Shown in pieces: positions 25,273 through 32,000 of a DNA stretch of 32,000 nucleotides. Where the stretch lies: contig CAWGXH010000003.1 in the NCBI GenBank assembly GCA_963826525.1, positions 12,570-44,569 of the forward strand, read 5' to 3'. Each line of letters starts with the position of its first letter. Positions within the stretch are counted from its first letter, which is position 1. Under the pieces are notes generated by a model. It had not been told where the DNA came from. It saw nothing but the letters and a program-made list of their open reading frames with translations, and ran no database searches. Source of the DNA: an uncultured Methanomicrobiaceae archaeon (GTDB lineage: Archaea > Halobacteriota > Methanomicrobia > Methanomicrobiales > Methanoculleaceae). A program made the position numbers and the translations under genes.

Positions 25273-27286
25273 ATGATGGATACCCTCGACGACTGGTTCC
25301 CGTACAGCAGTTACCGCCCCCACCAGCGGGAGATGCTCGAGCTTGCAGCATCCTCTGCGAGGGAGGGGGGGATCGCGATGATCGACGCCCCCACCGGCAG
25401 CGGTAAATCGAGTGTCGTCTCGGCGCTGCTTGCCGAGAGCCGGGGGAGGAAGGTGATCATCGGCGTGCGCACCATCAGTCAGCTCAACACGTTCATGCGG
25501 GAGCTCTGCGATGATCCGCAAGAAGCGGGGGGCTCTCAAATTCGCGTATCTCATCGGGAAGGGGAGCATGTGCCCTCTTCGCGGGGAGGGAGACATCTAC
25601 CGGCGGTGCGAGGGGGTGAAGGCGTTCTCGACCGCCCTGATGCGGGAGCGGGCGCAGAAAGGCTCGCTCATACCGGCGAACGACCGGCAGATCCGCCAGC
25701 AGATCCGGAAGATGGACATCGATCACCCGCTCATCTGCCCCTACTACGTCCACGCGAAGTCCTACGTCGAGCCCGAGGATGCGGGGCTGAAGATGATCCC
25801 CTCGGCGGCGCTCCGCGTCCGTGCCGAACGCGTGCGAAACGAACTGATCCTCCCCGACCAGCTCGTCAAGTTCTGCGGCGATATCTGCCCGTACGAGACG
25901 ATGCTGCACGCCGCACGGGAAGCGGACGTCATCGTCGTGAACTTTCACCACCTCTTCAACGATGCCATCCGGGAGCAGCTCTACCAGTCGCTCGATATCG
26001 ACGGCGGCGGTGCCCTTCTCCTGATCGACGAGGCGCACAACTGCGGGGAGGTCGTCCAGAGCATCGAGAGCGTGGTGCTGGAGGAGCGCGATCTCGAACA
26101 GGCGGGCAGCGAACTCTCCCACCAGCGCAAGACGAGCAAGGAAGCGGATGCAATCCAGAACCTCCTCCCGCCGGTCCGCCAGTTCATGGAGGCGCTGAAG
26201 CCGTCGCGGGAGATGGAGGACTGGTTCGCGCCCGAGATCTTCCAGAAGATGATCATGAAAGGCTCACTCTACCCGAGTATGGAGGCGATCGTCGACGACC
26301 TCCTCAAGATCAGCGAAGGTCTCCGCGAGCGGAATCTCAAGGCCGGAGAGTTTCGCGAGAGCGCCATCGAGCGGCTCTGCGAGTTCTTCTACCGGATCTT
26401 CCGCTCGGCGGCCGACCCTGCGTTCCTCACCGTCTACCGGAAGGGCGAGGACGGGAGCGTGGCGCTCGAGGTGCGCAATATCGACCCGAGCACGAAGCTG
26501 CAGGATATCGCCCAGGCGCACGCCTGCTGTATCCTCATCTCGGGAACGCTCTCACCGGTCGAGAGCTACCGCCGCTACTACTTCGGCGACCTTCCCGTCC
26601 GGACGCTCTCGCTCCCGAACGCCTTCCCGAAGGAGAACCGGCTCATCCTCGCGGCGACCGATATCACCACCGCATACTCGATGCGCCGCGACCCGCAGAA
26701 CCTCGCACGGCTCGATGAGTATATCCGAACGTTTGCGACCCTTCGGGGGAACCTCGCCATTTACTTCCCCTCGTACAATCTCCTCAACACCTTCGCGGAA
26801 CGGTGCGCACGGAGCATCCGGGGAAAGCAGGTCTTCATCGAGCCGAAAGGGGCGTCGGACGCGAGTGCGGCGCTAAAAGAGTTCATGGCACTCCCCGCGC
26901 AGCATAAGTCGGGTATCCTCTTTGCGGTCAGCGGCGGGAAGTGGAGCGAAGGGCTCGATTACCGGGGGGATCTCCTCGCCGGGGCGCTTGTCATCGGCCT
27001 CCCCCTCGCGCCTTACAACCGGGTCAGGCAGATGGTGATCGAGTACTTCCGGATGAAGTTCGGCGAGGAGGGGGAATTTATCAGTTATACCCTGCCGGCG
27101 ATCAACCGTGCCCTCCAGGCGCTCGGGCGCGTGCTCCGGACACCGGAAGACCGGGGCGTGCTGGTGCTCGGGGAGAAGCGGTTCCTCGAGCCCCGGGTGA
27201 AGGGCGGCCTCCCCCCCTGGATGCAGGCGGAGATGGTGGAATGCGGTGTCGAAGGGTTCAAAAAGGCGGTTCCTGCATGGAGATAA
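25273..27286 (+). pseudogene. xpd: XPD/Rad3-type DEAH-box DNA helicase with Fe-S domain, interrupted by a +1 frame change at about 25510-25513
   Basis: The N-terminal part MMDTLDDWFPYSSYRPHQREML...IDAPTGSGKS...NTFMRELC lies in ORF 25273... The continuation IRKKRGALKFAYLIGKGSMCPL...RRCEG...ICPYY...CGDICPYE (four Cys), LLIDEAHN and the C-terminal helicase motifs lie in ORF 25511..27286. Confidence 0.85.
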
Positions 27287-27741
27287 CGTCCGGTGCCTGC
27301 AGGCTCGGCCTCTGGTTCGTGCACGTCTCCTGGCAGGGCGATCTCGTCCACCGCGTCCGGTTCTCCCGGCAGGGTGTGGAGAGCAGCGTGCCCGAACCGC
27401 TCCGCCGCTACTGTGCCGGGCGGCAGGAAGACCTCCTCTCCCTCGAGAGCACGGCAACCGGGGGGGATTTTGTGACGGCGCGGATTTACCGCGAGGTGCG
27501 GCGTGTTCCCTACGGCGAGACCGCGACCTACGGGGATATTGCTGCGAAGGTCGGGACGGCTCCGCGTGTCGTCGGGATGGCCATGGCGAGGAATCCGACG
27601 CCGCTCGTCATCCCCTGCCACCGTATCGTCGCAAAAGGCGGGATCGGAGGATTTTCCCCCGAGGTCGGGATTAAGGAGCATCTCCTCTCCCTGGAACAGA
27701 GAACTGCCCGAAAAAACGGAGAGTTTAACCGCCATCTTTGA
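27277..27741 (+). CDS. ogt: methylated-DNA--protein-cysteine methyltransferase (Ogt/MGMT)
   Basis: Trimmed to ATG 27277 (MEITSGACRLG...). Active site IPCHRIV. Overlaps the xpd stop by 10 nt. Confidence 0.9.
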   Translation: MEITSGACRLGLWFVHVSWQGDLVHRVRFSRQGVESSVPEPLRRYCAGRQEDLLSLESTATGGDFVTARIYREVRRVPYGETATYGDIAAKVGTAPRVVGMAMARNPTPLVIPCHRIVAKGGIGGFSPEVGIKEHLLSLEQRTARKNGEFNRHL

Positions 27742-27761
27742 CAAAGTCATACGAGTAATCT

Positions 27762-28685
27762 ATGAAGGTTGTAGTTCTTGGTGCGGGGGCGGTCGGTCTC
27801 ACCGTCGCCGCGAAGCTCTCGGCTGTCTGTGAGGTCCACGCGGTCTGCCGGAAACGCCATGCCGACCGCATCAGAGAGCGGGGGCTCCTCCTGACCGGCA
27901 TCTGGGGTGAGGGCACCTACCGCTTCAGCTGCTCCGAAGACCTTCCGGAAGGGTATGATGCGGACTACTATATCATCACCTCCAAATCCACCGGCACGGA
28001 AGCGATCTGCAGGGAGTATGCCGATGAGATCCGCGGCCGCGAGGTGGTCAGCCTCCAGAATGGCATCGGCAACGAGGAGATCATCGCCCGGTTCACGGGC
28101 CGCGTCATCGGCGGCATGATCATCACCGGCTTTGAGTGGCGCGGCGATGCGGCGGTGCACGTCTCCGTGGAGGCCGCTCCGATGAAACTCGGACGGTTCC
28201 CGGAAGGGATCGATGATTCGGTCATGCGGCTCGTACGTCTTATCGAGAGTGCGGGGATGAATGCCCTCCCCGGTGGGGAGATCCGGAGCGATATCTGGTC
28301 GAAGACGCTCTACAACTGTGCCTTAAACCCGCTCGGCGCTCTCGCCGACGTCGCTTACGGGAAACTTGCCGACCCGCACGCCTGGCGGATCGTCACCGAG
28401 CTCGTCCGGGAGGTCTGCCTGGTGGCGGAGGCGGAGGGCGTCCGGCTTCCCTGGAAGACCCCGGGCGAATACCTTGCCTTCCTCAGAGACGTCCAGCTGC
28501 CGGCGACTGCGGCGCACCACTCCTCGATGCTCCAGGATCTCAAAAGCGGGAGGAAGACCGAGATCGACTTTTTGAACGGAGCGGTGGTCTCCCGGGGCCG
28601 CCTGCACGGCATTCCCGTGCCCTACAACGCCTGCATCACCGAACAGATCCGGTTCCGCGAGGAACTCGGGCGGGAAGGAAGGTAG
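27762..28685 (+). CDS. panE: 2-dehydropantoate 2-reductase (ketopantoate reductase, ApbA/PanE family)
   Basis: 307 aa. N-terminal Rossmann motif KVVVLGAGAVG. C-terminal PanE motifs (SSMLQDLKSGRKTEIDFLNG). Confidence 0.9.
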   Translation: MKVVVLGAGAVGLTVAAKLSAVCEVHAVCRKRHADRIRERGLLLTGIWGEGTYRFSCSEDLPEGYDADYYIITSKSTGTEAICREYADEIRGREVVSLQNGIGNEEIIARFTGRVIGGMIITGFEWRGDAAVHVSVEAAPMKLGRFPEGIDDSVMRLVRLIESAGMNALPGGEIRSDIWSKTLYNCALNPLGALADVAYGKLADPHAWRIVTELVREVCLVAEAEGVRLPWKTPGEYLAFLRDVQLPATAAHHSSMLQDLKSGRKTEIDFLNGAVVSRGRLHGIPVPYNACITEQIRFREELGREGR

Positions 28686-28690
28686 GTTCC

Positions 28691-29302
28691 GTGCGTTCGG
28701 CTGTCGTCCTTGTCGGTGGTGAGGCACGCCGTGCCGGCGGCCGGGAGAAGTACTTCTTCACCTACCATGGAAAGACCTTCATCGACCGTCTCCTCGATAC
28801 GTTGCATGAGGTCGTGGATGAGGTCGTGGTGGTGGCTCGCGACCCCGATCAGTGCGAGCGGTTCGCCGAGATCGAGAGCATCAGGTGCATCCACGATCTC
28901 CGGCAGGGCATCGGGCCGATCGGCGGCCTGCACGCGGGTTCGCGGGCGGTGCACGGGGAGCTGCTCTTCGTCGCAGCCTGCGACATGCCCTGTGTCAACC
29001 GCAATGTCATAGAACTGCTCTTTGACTGCATCGACGATTTCGACGCGGCTATTCCCTGCTGGAACCGGGATATGCTCGAACCGCTTCATGCCGTCTACCG
29101 GAGGTCGGCACTCCTCGACTACCTGAACGAACACGAGTCGCTCTCACTCCGGACGATGGTCAGGAACCTCAACGCCCGCTATGTGGCCATGGACCGTATC
29201 CGGCAGCTCGACCCGGAGCTCCGCACCTTCGTCAACATCAATAAGCTCGAAGAACTCGGGGAGATCAACCGGCTGGCCGCCGATCAGGAAGAGCGTTCGT
29301 AG
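28691..29302 (+). CDS. mobA: molybdenum cofactor guanylyltransferase
   Basis: 203 aa with a GTG start. Motifs: VVLVGGEARRAGGREK, GPIGGL, ACDMP. Confidence 0.85.
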   Translation: MRSAVVLVGGEARRAGGREKYFFTYHGKTFIDRLLDTLHEVVDEVVVVARDPDQCERFAEIESIRCIHDLRQGIGPIGGLHAGSRAVHGELLFVAACDMPCVNRNVIELLFDCIDDFDAAIPCWNRDMLEPLHAVYRRSALLDYLNEHESLSLRTMVRNLNARYVAMDRIRQLDPELRTFVNINKLEELGEINRLAADQEERS

Positions 29303-29318
29303 CCCCGCATCTGCGGGG
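29303..29318 (+). terminator. GC hairpin CCCCGC-ATCT-GCGGGG directly after the mobA stop
   Basis: 6-bp stem starting 1 nt after TAG. No adjacent T-run, so its terminator function is uncertain. Confidence 0.25.
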
Positions 29319-29574
29319 TGCCGCGGATCGCGACCGGAGCGGGCCTGGCAAACCCGGTGCGCGACATAAATGCTCTCCGCTCTTCATTCAGAGTATCTAG
29401 GGGCTTCGTTTACAAATCAGGGGTTCTCCGGTGTAGCATGGTTTGGAAACTCCCGCCTCCGGCACTTTTGCAGGATAGAAACCTTTAGGTGAAAAGGCCT
29501 GTTCTTCATCCTTCTTTATTTAAAAAACTTGGTTATCTTCGCACAATTGTTCAGGACTTGTCGTTAACGGGAAC

Positions 29575-29587
29575 CTATAAATATATT
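29575..29587 (+). promoter_or_regulatory. TATA box CTATAAATATATT for the beta-propeller gene
   Basis: Strong AT block centred about 27 nt upstream of ATG 29607. This spacing predicts a leaderless mRNA. Confidence 0.55.
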
Positions 29588-29606
29588 CCTGATCAGTGAC
29601 GGTTCC

Positions 29607-30866
29607 ATGACTATGGGGGAAAGCGCGCCAGTATACCGTAATCCTGCCTCTCCAGAGGCAGCCAGACCTGCCGGCGGCAGTACGCAGACTCGCCCTCCCG
29701 ATCGGAAGAGGCCGATGACAGGGCGACTCCGTCCCGTACTATTCTTTTGCGGGCTGCTTCTCCTTGCCATGCTGTTCTGCGGGACTGCCTCGGCAGAAGA
29801 GGCTCCTTACGGGCTCCTCTGGAAGGTCAACCTGACCGCTCCCGTATCCGGGATGGGCATCTCGTTCGACGGCTCGACGATAGCGGTCGGTGCGGGGAGC
29901 ACGCTCTCTCTCTTCGACAAAAACGGGCAAGAGCTCTGGTCGAAACCGATCGGCGGTCGGATTCAGGGCGTCGGGCTCTCCCCCGAAGGCTCGCACATCG
30001 GTGTCGCCGCCGACAAACTCTACCTTTTCGACCGCGAAGGCAACCTGCTCTGGACGGAGAAGAGCAATAACTTCCCCTACCATGACGTCGCCCTCTCTTC
30101 GAATGCATCGAATATTGCCGGCGCATGCGACGACGGTATGATTTACGTCTTTGATCCCGAGCAGGAGGTGCTCTGGAACGCAAGCCTCGGCGCCGACTGC
30201 TACGGGATCGCCATCTCGAACGACGGAAAGTTCATTGCCGCGGGGTGCGGCGATCAGGGTGTCTACCTCCTCCTGAACGGTGAGGGGACACTCTGGAGTT
30301 ACGGCACCGGCAGGGCGGTGGCAAGCATCGGGATGTCGCCGACCGGCGGCTATATTGTGGCTGGTTCTCTCGACCGGTGTGTCTATTTCTCAACCCGGGG
30401 AGGCGACCACCTCTGGAAGTATCCTACCTCCCTGCCGATCCATGGGGTTGCCGTCGCCTCGAACCAGGGCGGCGTCGCCGCCGGGTCGGGTGATACCGTC
30501 TACCTCTTTACAAACGACGGCAAGATTACCTGGAAGTACCGGGTGGGAAGTCCGATCGAGGACCTCGAGATCTCGGCAGATGGCTCGGTCGTGGCCGTCG
30601 GAACCGGGATAGGTGGCAACAGCCTCTACCTCTTCACGAACGATCAGGCCCTTCTCGGGGGGAATACAACCGAAACGGACGATGATCAGGAGTTCGGAGA
30701 TGAGATGGCGGTAAATATCTCTGAAAACCGGACCTTTGATGCCGGAGAGGAGAATGTATCGGTATCTGCAAACGCCTCCGGCACCACGGGACCCGCCGCC
30801 GGGCTGCTCGCCTGGCTTGACAGTCTTCTAAGCATCCTCTTCAACCGTGCACCCGGGGAGTTTTAG
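29607..30866 (+). CDS. secreted or membrane-anchored beta-propeller repeat protein (PQQ/WD40-like repeats) with an acidic, sequon-rich C-terminal stalk
   Basis: 419 aa. Hydrophobic signal/anchor LRPVLFFCGLLLLAMLFCGTASA. About eight ~40-aa repeats of the type V..VA.S.DG..IA.G..D..VYLF...G..LW.Y. An alternative start is ATG 29715. Confidence 0.8.
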   Translation: MTMGESAPVYRNPASPEAARPAGGSTQTRPPDRKRPMTGRLRPVLFFCGLLLLAMLFCGTASAEEAPYGLLWKVNLTAPVSGMGISFDGSTIAVGAGSTLSLFDKNGQELWSKPIGGRIQGVGLSPEGSHIGVAADKLYLFDREGNLLWTEKSNNFPYHDVALSSNASNIAGACDDGMIYVFDPEQEVLWNASLGADCYGIAISNDGKFIAAGCGDQGVYLLLNGEGTLWSYGTGRAVASIGMSPTGGYIVAGSLDRCVYFSTRGGDHLWKYPTSLPIHGVAVASNQGGVAAGSGDTVYLFTNDGKITWKYRVGSPIEDLEISADGSVVAVGTGIGGNSLYLFTNDQALLGGNTTETDDDQEFGDEMAVNISENRTFDAGEENVSVSANASGTTGPAAGLLAWLDSLLSILFNRAPGEF

Positions 30867-30902
30867 GATCGCGATAGGGGGACGGCAGGCCTTCCCCCTC
30901 CC
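30867..30902. repeat. possible third, shortened copy of the hairpin repeat
   Basis: GATCGCGATAGGGGGACGGCAGGCCTTCCCCCTCC shares the GATCGCG 5' end and the CCCCCTCC 3' arm. It forms an AGGGGGA/TCCCCCT hairpin and starts 1 nt after the stop at 30866. Confidence 0.3.
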
Positions 30903-30976
30903 GGCATCCCTATGCATGCCCGAAACGGCGACCTTCCGTGAAAGGGTTCCTCGGCGGCGTTTACGGGGAGGAGAGG

Positions 30977-31741
30977 TCAGAGGGTTTTTTTCTGCCCGCT
31001 CGCATCCCGTGTATAGTGCCCGAACTCGCTTACGAGCAGCCGATCGCCGGTGAAGACCGGTCCGTCGCGGCAGACCCGGAGTCCGCCCGGATCGGTGCAG
31101 CAGGAGCCGCAGATGCCGATGCCGCACTTCATGTAACGGTGGAGGGAGAACTGGCCGCGGTCGGCGCACCCGTGCCGCTCGAGGATTGTGAGAACGGCGC
31201 GCATCATCACCTCAGGGCCGCAGACGCAGATATGGTCGAAGTCGATCGGATCGACTCGGCCGAGGAGATCGGTGACGAATCCGTGATGCCCGGCAGAGCC
31301 GTCGTCGGTGGCCGTAAAGAGGGTCGTCGTCTCCGCGAGCCGGTCCGCGAAGATCAGATCGTCCGCCGAGCGTGCACCGAGCAAAAAGACGTCGACCATA
31401 CCCGCGGCGGCGAGGGGGTAGAGCGGGGATACGCCGATCCCCCCGCCGATGGCAAGGGTTCTGCCCGTGACGGCAAAGCCGTTCCCGAAGGGCCCCCGGA
31501 TCCCTATCCGATCCCCGACACCGAGGGCAAAGAGCGCCGCGGTGGCGTCTCCGACCTTCTGGACGGTGATGGCGTCGGGCGCGGAGAGCGCCATCGGGAT
31601 CTCGTCGACGCCCGGCACCCAGACCATCACGAACTGGCCGGGGTTGAACGGTATCCCCGCGTCGAAGGTGAACGTCCGTATCGAGGGACTCTCCTCCGTG
31701 ATCCGGGTGATGGTAACCCCGAGCGGCATCTGCTCACGCAT
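30977..31741 (-). CDS. pyrK: dihydroorotate dehydrogenase electron-transfer subunit
   Basis: Trimmed to ATG 31741 ([14 protein letters not shown]...). FAD/NAD-binding fold and C-terminal 2Fe-2S motif [10 protein letters not shown]. 8-nt overlap with the pyrD stop. Confidence 0.9.
   Translation of the reverse strand: MREQMPLGVTITRITEESPSIRTFTFDAGIPFNPGQFVMVWVPGVDEIPMALSAPDAITVQKVGDATAALFALGVGDRIGIRGPFGNGFAVTGRTLAIGGGIGVSPLYPLAAAGMVDVFLLGARSADDLIFADRLAETTTLFTATDDGSAGHHGFVTDLLGRVDPIDFDHICVCGPEVMMRAVLTILERHGCADRGQFSLHRYMKCGIGICGSCCTDPGGLRVCRDGPVFTGDRLLVSEFGHYTRDASGQKKTL
30985..30991 (+). terminator. T7 tract on the plus strand, about 120 nt after the beta-propeller gene stop
   Basis: GGGTTTTTTTCTG lies inside the last codons of the convergent pyrK gene. 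It could terminate plus-strand transcription. Confidence 0.35.
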
Positions 31742-32000
31742 GGGCGCACCCCACAAGCCCGGCGGGTTCTTCCCCGTCCGGCGCGTAGAGGTCGCCTGCA
31801 ATTCTCGCGAAGATCCCGATATCGTCCAGAACAGCGCTCCCTATCTCGACGGCGCTTGCCCCGGCCATCATCATCTCTACCACGTTATCGGCGGTCGCAA
31901 CGCCGCCGCACCCGATGATGGGTATCGAGCAGGCTTCGTAGAGGTCAAAGACGCACCGGACGGCTACCGGGAAGACGGCAGGCCCCGAAAGGCCGCCGAA
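31734..32000 (-). CDS. pyrD: dihydroorotate dehydrogenase 1B catalytic subunit, 3' end (partial, continues beyond the right edge)
   Basis: Hand translation of the minus strand gives [57 protein letters not shown]...*, with TGA at 31734-31736. The ORF is not in the track because its start lies outside the window. Confidence 0.85.
   Translation of the reverse strand, partial: FGGLSGPAVFPVAVRCVFDLYEACSIPIIGCGGVATADNVVEMMMAGASAVEIGSAVLDDIGIFARIAGDLYAPDGEEPAGLVGCAHA

Noticed and set aside
25266-25273. GTATAAAT immediately before the xpd ATG as its TATA box.
   Set aside because: It abuts the start codon, so a TSS about 25 nt downstream would fall inside the gene. A weaker CATAACTAA element near 25241-25249 has better spacing but is too weak to call.
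2050-27286. Programmed +1 ribosomal frameshifting or transcriptional slippage as the explanation for the seven frame changes.
   Set aside because: The seven sites share no slippery heptamer, no rare or stop codon in the 0-frame A site, and no common downstream structure. One site (xpd) is not even a homopolymer. This explanation cannot be excluded without reads, but the sequence does not support it.
30846-30866. C-terminal ...NRAPGEF of the beta-propeller protein as a PGF-CTERM archaeosortase signal.
   Set aside because: The PGF-like residues are at the extreme C-terminus, with no following TM helix or basic tail, which is the opposite of the PGF-CTERM layout.
1-32000. Search for CRISPR arrays, transposases, integrases, prophage genes, toxin-antitoxin pairs and rRNA/tRNA genes.
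   Set aside because: None were found. The only repeats are the short hairpin elements reported, and every sizeable ORF has a housekeeping or metabolic assignment.

Overview
GC-rich (by eye about 60-65%) archaeal chromosome segment. It most likely comes from a Methanomicrobiales-type methanogen; I infer this from GGGP synthase, archaeal-type ThrRS, a DUF2115/UPF0305 gene, GatCAB and TATA-box promoters. Coding density is very high. Positions 122-25170 are transcribed entirely on the minus strand, 25273-30866 on the plus strand, then minus again. Contents in order: thrS; a very compact eight-gene housekeeping string (asnB-like, gatC, gatA, gatB, topA, GGGP synthase, TrmJ-like methyltransferase, dcd); purB; a SAM methyltransferase. 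Next comes a bacterial-type acetyl-CoA synthase / corrinoid Fe-S protein cluster (acsB, acsD, acsC, RACo-like activase, MetE-like Zn methyltransferase, cooC). It is preceded by a DUF2115 gene and has no CODH subunit and no AcsE. Then follow two paralogous small membrane proteins with an MscS channel and corA; xpd overlapping ogt; panE; mobA; a secreted beta-propeller protein; pyrK and the 3' end of pyrD. I saw no rRNA, tRNA, CRISPR array, transposase or integrase. The most striking observation is that seven well-conserved genes (dcd, topA, the SAM methyltransferase, the MetE-like gene, acsD, acsB, xpd) are each broken by a frame change of the same polarity (+1, one extra base). One of these fuses acsB in frame to acsD. 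Insertion-type assembly error is the most economical explanation, but it must be checked against reads. Other points worth a second look are the CODH-less bacterial-type ACS module with an embedded MetE-like methyltransferase, a roughly 70-nt dispersed hairpin repeat that always sits just 3' of a stop codon, an 18-bp perfect palindrome upstream of the small-membrane-protein/mscS/corA promoter, and an AsnB-like PP-loop gene coupled to gatCAB.
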